A DNA stretch of 59,007 nucleotides, counting the filler, from Rhizaria sp. SCN 62-66 (Eukaryota), in the NCBI GenBank assembly GCA_001724265.1. It is 5 parts of 5 records of this genome, joined end to end, with 100 filler letters (N's around TTAATTAATTAA, not from the genome) between each part and the next. Parts side by side here need not be neighbours in the genome. Positions count along the whole stretch, not along the records: positions 24,180 to 34,498 come from MEDY01000557.1; positions 34,599 to 48,671 come from MEDY01000558.1; 3 more parts are not named here. One strand, 5' to 3'. The first letter of the stretch is position 1. The number at the start of each line of letters is the position of its first letter. The notes under the pieces are model-generated. The model had not been told where the DNA came from. It worked only from the letters and a program-made list of their open reading frames with translations, and searched no databases. Below, piece by piece: positions 26,208 to 38,301 of this stretch. Made by a program: the position numbers and the translations under genes.

Positions 26208-27097
26208 ATTGTCTAAGCCAAGAGAGGGAAAGAAAGGACAGTCACGGGGGCTAAGATGAGCGATGGAGAACGTGGCGTAAAATATTTTGAAAGTAGACCA
26301 TTATTAAGTTTTCGTTTTGATATAGACATTTGCATCACACGATGAAAGGTGCCGATTTGAAGCTGTTGGCGCGACGCTACAGCGACTGGTCCGCGATCCG
26401 TCGGGCGGAGGCTAGTCTGTGGTCAGCTTGTGGTGGCAATTGATTTGGAAGGATATCTGTGTGTCTCTAATGACCACAGCGGAATAGACCAGCTCGTTGT
26501 TATTTTATGACAGTACTTGTGTGGAAAACACATGCGTCTATTCTAAAAATCGTGTATTTGTTGAGTTGCTGCCGGTTTCGCAGTGCTGATTGCAAATGAC
26601 AAGCTTGTTCAGCCCGCCAGGAACGTCTTATTTCAAGGCTAGCACGATGAAATCAAGGGGTATTGCTGGCAAACCTAAGATATAATACATTAATTAAAAG
26701 CGAAAATGAGATGACCTTGAAATGAAACCAATAAGCTACAGTTATATTGATATGCGCCTTGCTTTTCGTAATTCTGAACTTCGTGCTGTTCGAGTGCACT
26801 GTAACGGCTTGGAGCTGAGGTCACTTTTACTTTGAGTGTTTCGACATGGATATTCGTTAGATGGAAATGTTTCCGGACTTGAGTAAACTAAAAGCAAACT
26901 GTCTATATGAATTTAATTGTATATGTCTTACATAGGCTGTATTCCCCCTGTAGACCCCAGGTTTTGTTCGCAGCGTTTCGCTCACCCTCCGCTCCCGGTT
27001 TCCTCTGCACACTCGCTTCTCCAGCCCTAGCCTTGACCCACTAATTAAGAGAGACTTCATTTAAGGTACATCCTAGACATTTCCGCGTTTTAGCGCC

Positions 27098-30000
27098 ATG
27101 CCTGAGCCCGGGTCCACGACTAAGGCGAAGCCGGCCGCGTCGGCCGCCGCCGACAGCAACAAGAAGGTCGTGCTTCCCCCCATCACGCCAGCGCGCAGCA
27201 AGCCGGCCTCCGCGAAGGCTTCCTCTGCCTCCACCGCGTCCACTGCCTCCGCTACGCTTGCGTCCGCGACCAAGCCCATCGCTGCTGCATCGGGTAGCAC
27301 GCATAACAGCGCGTCTCCGCGCCGTGCGTCCGGGGTCAGTCCCACTAAGAAGCCTGCTGCCGCCGCCGCTGCTGCGAACGGTAGCAGCAGCAAGAGAAAC
27401 AGCAACAAAAGCCACAGCAGCGGCACTGCAAGCGCTAGAGGCGGCAACAGCCGCAGCAACAGCAGCAACGCAACTCGCGGCGACAGAGACAACGAGGGCG
27501 ACGACGACGACCACCACGGCGACAGCCACGACGGCAACCACACTGAGTCTGCGATTGCTGCTGCTGCTGCTCCCGCCGCTCCCGTGCCTGCGCCGCCGGC
27601 CCCTGTTGGCAGCGTTGGCGCCATGTTCCAGAAAAAGCAGCAGCAGCAGCAGCAGCAGCAACAGCAGGCTAGTTCTGCTGGCGTGGCTGGCTCTGCTGGA
27701 AGTGCGACAGCGGCGACGGCTCACAGCCGCAGCGCCTCTGCCGCCCAGGGCCACGGCCACGCGGCCGCGTTTGCCTCGGTGCCGGTGCCGGGCCCGTCCC
27801 GCACCAGCACCGCGACCGCGACGACGAGCTCCGCGAGTGCGGTTGTGGCCGCAAGCAGTGCGAGCGCGAATGCCCCCGCCAGCGCGGACGCCCACGGTCA
27901 CCGTGTGGAGACTGCGGCGGCGAGAAACGAGGCTGCGAGCCATAGCGCCAGCAATAGTCACGGCGACGCGAGCCCTGTTGCTGCGAATAACGGTGTTACG
28001 GGTCAGACTGGCGCTGTCAACGTGGCAGCGACAGACTATGCCAGTGCGAGAGCCACCTCGGCGGCCTCTGCCTCCACGTCCGGCTGTGCTTCTCATGGTG
28101 ACCGTGAGCATGACCGCGAGCACGAGCGCGCACACACCGCGTCGCCCACCGGCAGCACTGCGTCCAACGCCACCTCCAACAACAACAACGGCTCTAGAGC
28201 AGTGAATCCGAGCAAGCGAGTCAGCGGCACCGGCGCCCTCGCCATCGACCTCCACGCCCCACCTGCTGTGACCGCAGGCAGTAACAACGGTAGAGTGCAG
28301 CAGCAGCCCGGCAGCGCCGGCTCTGGCTCCGGGTCGAGCCAGCCGCTCCTTCTGAGTCCCTCCTCCGCCTCTGCCCACGGTCACTCCAGCGCTGGCGCTG
28401 CAGGCGGCTCTCCTCTGTCGGTGCGCGTGGGCTCGGCCGGGCCCAACTACCCCAGCAACTCGTCATCGAAGCCGCCGCACTTGGCGCAGGCCGCGACGCT
28501 GGGCCCCCAGACCGCTGGCAGCGGCGGCGCGCAGGGCCCTGCGTCGCCCACTTCAGGGGGCGGCCGTCGCTCGTCGCTGGCCCACATTCTCTCCCCGTCC
28601 TCGTCCTCCGCCGCCGCCGCCGCCGCTGCGGCCGGCCACGCAGGCCACGCGACAGGCTTTGCGCCGCACCACTCGCGGCAGGGCTCGGTGGCGCTGTTGT
28701 CGGGGACGCCGACCGCGAACGGGGTCGCCGGGGGGGATCTGGCGACCAAGAACCACAGCGAGGCGGCCTACTATGAGCGCCTTACTGAGGAGCGCGAGCG
28801 CCGCGTCGCGCTGCAGAGCGAGGTGCTGACGCTGCGCGGGGCCGTCGCGGACGCGAACCGCGCGCGCGAGGAGGCCCTCAAGGCAGCGGCGGCCGCGGAG
28901 GAGCGCGCTGCTGCGCATGAGGCACAGCTCGAGGAGGAGCGCAGAGAGGTACACCACTCACGGATATCACTGTCACTGAAGTTTAACAAATAACGTACAT
29001 TGTATTCACTTAATTTCAAATAGTTTTACGAATCTTACTTTACCTTCATTCTTTTTTGGTTTTTGTTTTGATATCAACTTGAAGCTCGCACGCTCGCTGG
29101 AGGCCGAGCGCGCCTCGATGGCGCAGGAGCTCGCCGCCAAGGCCCGCGAGGATGAGGAGCGCCGTCTCCGCATTGCCGATGCGTCCCTGGCGGACCAGCG
29201 CCGCGAGTGGGAGTCGTCGGCCGTTGCGCGGGTCACTGCGCGGTTCAAGGAGGACGCCGAGGCGCAGAAGCGGCAGCACACGGAGGCCGTCAATACCCTG
29301 CGCGAGCGGCAGGTCGAGCTGGAGCAGCTGTCAACGGCGCAGAAGCTCGAGATCCGTCGCCTCACAGCCGAGCTGGACGCCATGATTGGCTCCCGCGACC
29401 GCTACGCGCGCAAGGCACAGATTTTCTTCACTGACTTCCTCAACCGGACGCGCTGGCGCAAACTTCTGCTCTTTATGTCGGCGAAAGTCTTCCTAGTCCG
29501 CGCCCGCGCTGCGGCCCGCTTCCGCAAGCTGCACAGGCAAGTATACGAGGTGCTGGCCGCCGCGCTGGACGGCGAGACGCTGTCGCAGTCTCCCCCGCAG
29601 AAGGTCATCCCCATCAGTACAAGCAGCAACACCGCGACGGCCGCGAGCTCTACAACTGGTTCTAGCGCGACTGGTGCAACTGGTGCGAGTGCTGCCCCGG
29701 GGTCTACGTCTCCGGGCAAGAGCAACCGGCGCGCGACGTCCGTGGTGCCGTTCCACGAGGACTTCGGCTACGGGCTGGCCAAGCACGGTGACCCCGCGCT
29801 GCGCGCCGCCGTTGCCGCCGCCGGGGCCAATCGGCCCGGCGCAGGCAACGGCAGCGGCAACGGCGTCAATAACAATAGCGCGTCTGCTGAGGGTGGCAGT
29901 AACAGCGCGAGGAACAACAGGAACAGCTTGAACAGTAGCGTGTCTCCGTCTTCTGGTCCGGTTTTCTCCGGCGCGGGTTCTGGTGTGAGTGTGTCGTCAC

Positions 30001-31274
30001 TGGGGTACTTAGTGCCGCAGTCCGAGTGCGGCGCGTGGCTGGAGCGCGCGCGCGAGATCCTGAGCCAGGAGGAGAGTTTCGCGGCCAACATCCGCGAGTG
30101 CCGCAAACTGGGCATCAGCCTGAGCACGCTGCGCGACGAGCAGCAGGCGATCATGAAGCTGGCCGACGACGACGCGCTGTGGCGCCATGTTGCCGACGCC
30201 GCCGCTGTGCTCGCGTCCGAGATCTCCGCCTGCCGCATCCGCGAGTCGGTCTGGCGCGCCACGGCCGCCACGGAGCTGGCGTCTGCCGCCTCGCAACAGG
30301 AGACGCGCGCGCTGCGCGACCGGCTGGCGGCGGCAGAGGCCGAGCTGGCCAAGGAGCGTTCGCGCCGACGGCAGCAGGAGGCCAGCGCGCCAAGCTACGC
30401 GCAGCCGCTGCACCACGGCAGGCTCGCGCACGCCAGCAGCAACAGCGACCTCACCGCGAAGCAGCCCCAGTACCACCACAACGCGTCCACTTCCAGCGCT
30501 ACGTCCAGCTCCAGCCCTGCTGCTGGCGCTGGCTCTGGCCCTAGCTCTGCGGCAAAGAAGCGCTCTCACCGCCACCACGGGTCCTCGCTGCCCGCACTCG
30601 CGGCGGCGCTCGCGGGCGCGGCGGCGTCGAGCGGCCGTCAGCCGCCGGGGCGCTCTCCGGGCCACTCGCGGTCGCCGTCGTGGGCGCACCAGCAGTCGCT
30701 GCGGCCGCTGTCCGCCGTGCCGGACGCGGAGAACGAGAACAGCGGCGGCGGTGCGGGCCGCGGCAGGGGCGCTGGCGAGGACGAGGACAAGAGACACGGT
30801 GACCGCGAGCGCGAGCGCAGCCGCGAAAGCAGTAGGGAGCGCGAGCGTGAGCGTGAGCGCAGTAGCGACAGGCGCAGACACGGCGACTCGTCAGTTGACG
30901 CATCCAACTCTACCTCTGGCTCTAGCTCAAGCTCTGGCTCAGAATCGAACAATACTGCGAGCGCTAGTGCGAGCGCTACTACGACTGCTGCGGTGCCGAC
31001 GAAACCGACGGCGGAGAAGGTTCTGCCGCCGCAGTACATGGCTCTGTTCCGAGCGCAGCTGCGGCCTGCTGCGCCCGCGTCTGGGGGGACCACAACTGTA
31101 GCCTCCGGTAACGCCAGCAACGCGAGCTTGAACGCGAGCAGCGCGGGCACGACTAACAACAACAACACCAAGGCTGCGAGCAATGACAGTGCGGTAAAGC
31201 CTGCCACTTCGACTGCTAAGGCTGCGCCTGCGCCGACAGTGTCCACTGCTGCTGCTGACGGCAAGAAGAAGTGA
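27098..31274 (+). CDS. Hypothetical low-complexity coiled-coil protein, about 1350 aa; exons 27098-28948 and 29085-31274
   Basis: Two long GC-rich ORFs joined in frame by an AT-rich GTACAC...TGAAG intron (28949-29084), giving a continuous EEERRE|LARSLEAER coiled coil. Ends at TGA. Confidence 0.75.
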
Positions 31275-31756
31275 TTGTTAGCAGTGTTGTCGCTGTGAGT
31301 ACTCTAGTGTTTGCTCGTCTTAACGTTGAAAACATCAGTGTAACCTATATGTATTTTGTTAAAAGTTAAATATTATGTTTGTTTGTTATTGTTCCTCTCG
31401 CCATACGTAATAACCGTTTGCACGACGCATGCCTAAGACATGTGCCAAGCTCGTGACGTTAATATTAGTGTTGCACTTTTGTTCTTTACTCTAGTTTCGC
31501 TTACCTATTATAATAAGAATGATGATGCAGGGCTGTCGTTGAATTGAATCATTTGATGACCAATTTTTTAAAGCCCTAGCGCGTTGTTTTAATCTTTGTT
31601 GCAATGAAATCAACGAACCCATGTGTTATGCATATCTTTGGTTCTTCCGACTGTATCTTACACTTTTCGACTGAAAAGTTTGCCACAAACGAACAAAATA
31701 ATACAAATTATCACGAAACATTCATTCATCTTCTTCTTGAACTCAAAATAGTGCTT

Positions 31757-33838
31757 TCACTTCTTTTCGACTCTTAACTCAGTCACCGGCACGACAGGGA
31801 CTACTGCCGGGCGGGGCATCGGTGATCCTGGTGCGATTGCCGATGGGGGTGATCCCACCGGTACTGCAGCTCTTGCTGCTTCCGCTGCCGCCGCTGCCGC
31901 TGCGTCTGCCCGCGCCGCCGCCCAGTCAGACTCACTTTCCCGCTCCGCTTTCGTCATTGCGATTGTCAATGAGGCGTCTTTCACTGCACGCTCTGCAATG
32001 CCCGACAGCAACAGCGCTGCGGCGCGGTCAGTGTCTTGCAGCGTCCACATACTTAGAGCCCATATTGCGGTTAGCACGAGTACAGTTGCAGTAGCAAGTA
32101 TGGCGTATGGCAGCGATCGGGGCGGCGTTCCAGTAATAGTGTTCGTTCCGTCAGTTCCTATGATTTGCTGTGGATAAAAGCCAAATTTAGCAAGTATGCG
32201 CCGCAAAAGCGACGGAAACTGGTGCTGCGCGGAAAAGCCCCGCTGTTGATAAGGCCACATCCACTCCCAACCCCCTTGACTCGCATTGCCGACCCGCGCA
32301 ATTGTGTTGCCGGCAGTGTTACAAACACCTTGATGCTGTAGATGTAGTAGTTGCTCCTCTTGCTTCCTCTCGGCGACTACAGCGCGTGCCTCTGCCGCGT
32401 CTGCGAATTCTTTTGCCTTTGCCTTGTCAAGTTCTGCATTCTTTGCTGCAGCCTCAGCCGCCGCCGCGCGCGCCTCAGCCTCCTGCGCCGCCTTCTGCGC
32501 CGCCGCCAGCGCTCTCTCTGCCCGCGCTTCAGCCTCACCCGCCCGGTAGGCCTCGCTCCGCAGCGCTGCTTCCCGCGCGGCGCTATTCCGCGCAGCCTCA
32601 GCGCGCGCCGCTGCCGCTGCAGCTTCCGCACCATGCCTTTCTTTGGCGCTGTTGACGGCGCTAGCTGAGCATGTTGTAAGCTTTGATGCTAACTCGTCGC
32701 GCTCGTTCCGCAACGACGTGACTATATCGTTGAGCTTAATACGTTCGTCATCAAACCGCTTCTGCTCAAGTTCAAGCTCTTGTTTTGCCTTCTGTTGTTC
32801 ATGCTTGAGCCTTAGCTCAAGCTCAGCCAAGCCTTGCTGCGCCTGCTTTTCGGCATCAGCAATAGTATCAGCCCTATATTTAGCCACCGCGTCTGCTGCT
32901 GCAGCGGTAGCAGCAATCTCAGCTTCCACCTTGGCTTTAGCGGCTGCGCGTTCAGCCGCTGCGGATGCCTCAGCTGCAAGCTTCAACGCCTTATCCTCGG
33001 CGTCTGCAAGCGCTCGCTTTGCAGAAGTAAGCTTAACCTTAAGCGCAGCGATCTTAGCCTTGGCCTCAGTCTACGCTGCAGCATCAGCCTTTGCCTTGGC
33101 AGTTGCAGCGGCAACAGCCGCAGCTATGGCGGCCTCCGTTGCTGCACTGGTATCTGAGCTGGTTGGTGGAAGGCGAAGCGTGAAATAGTGAATGCTGCCG
33201 TCGCTATCAATTTTGCCTACATTCGTGAAGTGAGCTGCATTGCTCTTGCCCATAATAGGAGTGACGCATTCAGTTGCATTGTTACCCACCAGCTGTTGTT
33301 TTTCTTCTAAGTTGCCGCTTTCCGAAATCGTTGCGGCCGCTTTGGCGTGAGCAAGCGTGATGTTGTAGCCAAGTGACGGCGTTACGATGAGTGAGCCACA
33401 ACGCACCTGCACTCGCACCCACAGTGGAGTCCATGCTTCGCGCTCTGTAGCGGTTGGCGTTGCTGTTACATTTGATGTTGCAGTCGTCGTTGCAGAGCGC
33501 AGCAGAGTGATGTGGCGGGCAAGCCAACGCGGTGTGACTGTGAAAGACCGGTGTGGCAGCCGTGTCGTCACTGTGTCGACGACAGATGTTGCACCTGGGT
33601 GAGGGTAGGACAGCGCAACAGTGCATGGCGTGCTTGTAAGTAATGCGTTTGCAGCATCGGTTTGCTAAGCAGTGCTCGGTGCAGCTGGAGATGGGATAGA
33701 GGGGACAGCGAAAGGCTCTTGGAAAAGTTGAAACGCAATCGCAAAAGGCCGCATTGCTGTGGAGCTTATATCAGCATTGGAGAGGGGTGCCAAACAAGCG
33801 AGTGCTAGCGCAAACGCGAGCAACGCCCCTAGGGCCAT
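31757..33838 (-). CDS. Hypothetical signal-peptide, coiled-coil, single-TM protein; in-frame TAG at 33667-33665 and 33073-33071
   Basis: Three same-frame ORFs separated only by TAG. Signal peptide MALGALLAFALALACLAPLSNA; Ala/Glu/Lys coiled coil continuous across the second TAG; TM segment YAILATATVLVLTAIWALSMW. Ends at TGA. Confidence 0.75.
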
Positions 33839-34498
33839 GGGGCGCGCAAGGGGGAGTCGGGCGCGACTTGAAGCGTTGCAGAGCCAACTTGAAGAAGTAA
33901 GATTGCTTTGTAGGTATAGGTTTTGTGGGGTTGAAAAAGGAAGTCTATTAATAAGATTCGATGTTGAAACGTTAGATGCGTTGAAATAAGTGTGTTTACG
34001 GTGAACGGCGTGCGTATATCGCCGTATAAATTCAGGCGCCAGTTCACGCAAAGCGATTCCACCTCAATCAAATAGAAAGCAAGCTAAAAGTTGTTTGTGG
34101 TCACGCAGCTTGAAAGAAAACAAAAGAACACAATTTTGCAAAGATACAAAAATACAACTAGATAACGACGAGTGACTCTTGCAAGAGATATATATAATTC
34201 ATTGTAGCCATGACACGTTCTGTTGTGTGCAGAGGCTAAATAGGATGATACAAACAAATAACAAAAACTCTAAGACATATTTTTAACGTGAAAGGAAAAA
34301 ATAGAAAACTAACAGAAATCAAACTACGCAGTTCATAACATCTTATGAATTCAGATTGTCGATTATTACGCATCAGCGAGAGTACTTTCAGCTTAAAAGA
34401 TAACCCCTATGTAGCGTCAACTAAAAAACGCGAATTCGCGCTTTTTTTGCGACTTTGGCGCACTTTCGTAGAAGTTATCAAACTACGTGGTTTATTTA

Positions 34499-34598
34499 NN
34501 NNNNNNNNNNNNNNNNNNNNNNNNNNNNNNNNNNNNNNNNNNTTAATTAATTAANNNNNNNNNNNNNNNNNNNNNNNNNNNNNNNNNNNNNNNNNNNN
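34499..34598. other. Artificial contig spacer (TTAATTAATTAA at 34543-34554)
   Basis: Same linker as the other gaps. Confidence 0.95.
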
Positions 34599-37500
34599 TC
34601 TGTGTTCACAGGAAAACGAAGTGTGTATACACAAGAAACGCCACCTTTAAATCGCGACCGGCAAAAGCTGTCGACTGGAATTTTATGCAGAATGTCGGCG
34701 GTAACATGTGTTTGAACTCGATGACAGCAGTGCGTTAGACCTTGTTTACTACCTTTCATAGTTTCTTCTGACGAGCGTTTGTGGTGGCTGGAAGGGGGTC
34801 GAGACTGGCTTTTCGTCCAACAAGTTAAAAGTCGTAAATTAATCGTCAAACGCGCTGTCTTTTCATATGTAATATTTTCTCGGCTATAGTTCCTTATATA
34901 TGAATTTTTTTTTCTTGGGAGACTGATTTACCGCAAGATCTCACCTCACCGTTTCTGACATCTTTGACTCGACAGGCTGTTGCCCAACCTCGACCACTCC
35001 CGTCCCTGTTGATGTTGTTAACACGCCATGAAAACGCGACTTCAACATCTAACGGCTTATTTGCGCAATTAAACCCAACAATGGTGTCCACGTCTGACCG
35101 AGACTGCGCTGTGGCGCGCCTTGATCACCAGTCATCTCTTACCCCTCCCCACTGTTCATGGCCTCGCGTACGCGCCGGGCAACGAAGATCGGCTACGTCA
35201 AGTGCTCCAGCTTGGGCGTCTTTAACGTGACGATTCCTACCGTGGGTCTCATCAAGCAGCTCCCTGCGACACGCACTATGAGAATGTTGTATGTGGTGTC
35301 AGTATTTATTCGTCCGCCAAGCGTGCCAAGGCACGTCGTGGTGGGGCAGCTCTGATCGTTGTTCTATCCGTCCGTGGAGCTCCGGCAGAACGCAAACGAA
35401 GTCGGACTGTTCAACTCGATCGCCAGCGTTATCGACCCATCAGCCAGCCACTATGATCGAGATGCACTCCCGGTTAACTCATGGCTACCGCTTGAGGTAC
35501 GCTCCGTACCCAGAATGATTGACTTAGCAATGTACATTGTACAACTCGAACTGCAACGCCTCTCATTGAGACACGTTCAATTATAAAGCCAATGGCTTAT
35601 TTGCGATGTTCTACACCAAGCTTTGATGTTGTTCTTGGACCTAAGAGCCCTGGACACGAAATCTACGCTCGTTCCATGATTCTCCGCTCGTTATCGTTGG
35701 CAAACACGGGCACAGGTGCAAAGTCATATAAAACAGCGATGTTGACAATGAGGGCAGTGCTATAGTGGTGGACTCAGCTATTAAGAGGCGTTTGATGCGT
35801 TCATTACGCGTGATCTTTTGGAGCACGGCTTTTCACGGCGCTTGGTGACGCAGGCCTCGATGGTTGTGTTTCCGTCGAAAGAACTGTCATCAACTCTAAG
35901 CTTACCCAGTGATGACATGTTTATGCACCACCTTTGACAGTTCAAAATGTGCGGATGCGATTTTACTCGATTGTGAATGACGAGTGATGTCTCGATTTCC
36001 GATCCTAGTAATACCAAGATAATGGTTAATTTTTGTGATTTTTTTAAAAGTCGTCTGATTACTACGTTGATACATTTTATATAAATATCCCATCTTAAAA
36101 TACCCATAGATTTATTTTTGTGCTATCTGACTTTATCCTGTCGAAAGATCTCGAAGATATTTTCTCCCCCTCGACCACTTGAACGCGACGCCTTCGAAGT
36201 CTCGTATGCCTCCAACAGAGCAAATCGCGCTCAAATTAACACGAGAAGTAATCCCCCGCCGCATATTAGGCCCGAGCACATTTTCCGCACGGGCAATGCA
36301 AGATGACCTTGCTTGTGAGGATGAGAAGGATTCAGAAGAACCTATGCAGACCTCTGTAACAGTCATAACTCAAGGGTTACGATCTCAAACACGGCTATAC
36401 TGATGATTCTTCTCTTAAGAACAAGTAGCCTCTTGTTTCTTTGTATATCATGCCTGGATTATATGTTCCCAACGCATCTCATGACTATTTTCTGTGTATT
36501 GTGCGCCAGAAGCTCCCAATGCACCCTGGCGAAGTGACGACATTTGCGCTTGACAACACACGCGTTCATCACGTCGACATCAGTCAGCCTCGAATAAAGA
36601 TATGTTGCGTCAATATTGTGTGCCTTCACCTTATTCACGCTCTCTTACCCCGGTTGAGATTTTGTTTATGAAGGATGATGAGCATAGACAGCAGCACTCG
36701 CTAACAAACCCGCCCACACGCCACCAGACAAGGTCCAAGTCCTTAAACTCCTGAAGACGTGGTTGGGAACATATCAGTAGAGATAATGGTGTCAACACTT
36801 TGTTTATCACACTTGCACATAGGTGCATGCGTTCTGTTCATCAGGCAGAGGGATGAGACGCGCTTCTCTCTGAGGCTGTTTGTGACGTAGTCGATCAAAT
36901 GAATATAGATAATAACGCAAATAGGGGGAATAATAACAATAATTAATGTAGTGTTGTATATAAAAATAGTTTCATTATTAATTACAATCGTTTTATTGAG
37001 ATCGACAAATTTAAATCCGAAAATACAAACTCAACCATTATCTTGGTATTTTCGACCATTATCTGTACCTTCCACTGTATATTTGTTTCGCTTTGATTGA
37101 TAAATGGAGTTATTTTGTCCGTGGGAATAAGTACTATAGTTAATCAGAATATTGGCTCGTAACGTGAATACGAAAATAGAAGCGTCAATGTGTTTACATG
37201 TCGTAAATTAGCCAGAACATGTAAGGCCTATGGCGGGGCGCATGGGAGGCACATTCTGACAAATTCGGTTGCCAAATCATGCTTTTCCAATCACACTTGC
37301 AGACCAAAAAACGTAAAAAATATGAAAGCGTGTTGTGATAAACAAAAAAGCACATGCTTGTCGCGTTGTAGCTGGAAAAACAAATAGTTTTGAAATCGAA
37401 GTGAAACACACATCAGACGTACATCAATCATTAGAATGAACCGGCAGACTAACGAGATGGAATTAATATAGAACATCGACCAGTTAGGAAGGAAAAGCTT

Positions 37501-38301
37501 CAATTGTAGCAGACAGAAGAATTGGATCATATAAAGTTATGGATTTGGATGATAACGCAAATTTGCTCGAGTGGCGCATCCTGTCTCTCGTCACAGTCAC
37601 CAGCGGCAGTAGCGGTACATCAAACCCAGTGCCAGTAGCAAAACGAGGCGCGAAAAAAAGTAGTCAAAACTGACGCTACAAACACCATGTACAGTAAAAA
37701 TGAGTATACACGATGTGCACCGTCACGGGTCGACACTCATCGCTTGATATGGGACAGCTTAAAGAGGGAATACATACAGATGACAAGATAAAGGAACAGG
37801 CAAACACAAGCAAACTTACAAAAAACAAAAAAAAATAAAGGACAAAAATAACATCAGGGACAAAACACGGGAATCCTGCATTGTGCATTATAATAGCTGG
37901 CGCACATGAACAGGGAGAGAGGGAACATATGGTATGGACTGTGAAAAATGAGTCGCCGTAAAATTAATTTTCATCAAATATTGTGAGAAAACGCGCAAGT
38001 GCACACAAAGAGGAAGTCTGCAACCCACAGAGTCGTTTAATCAAAGCCTGTTTGTTTCTTACAGTATTCGAGTCAATAGATTGGTGTAAAACAATATCGG
38101 GGAACACAAAAATTTAGAATTTAGAGTGAAAAGCACGCACCTGCGTAGCTCAGGTAGCATGAGTTATTCAAAATGAGTGAAGTTTGTGCATACACACACG
38201 CACAGTCACAAAAGGATGCTGCAAAGCAATACTGTCATGACCGGTCGGAGTTGCACACTTAATCAGGCGCGATTTGAGTGAGTGAATGAGTGATGCGCCA
38301 C

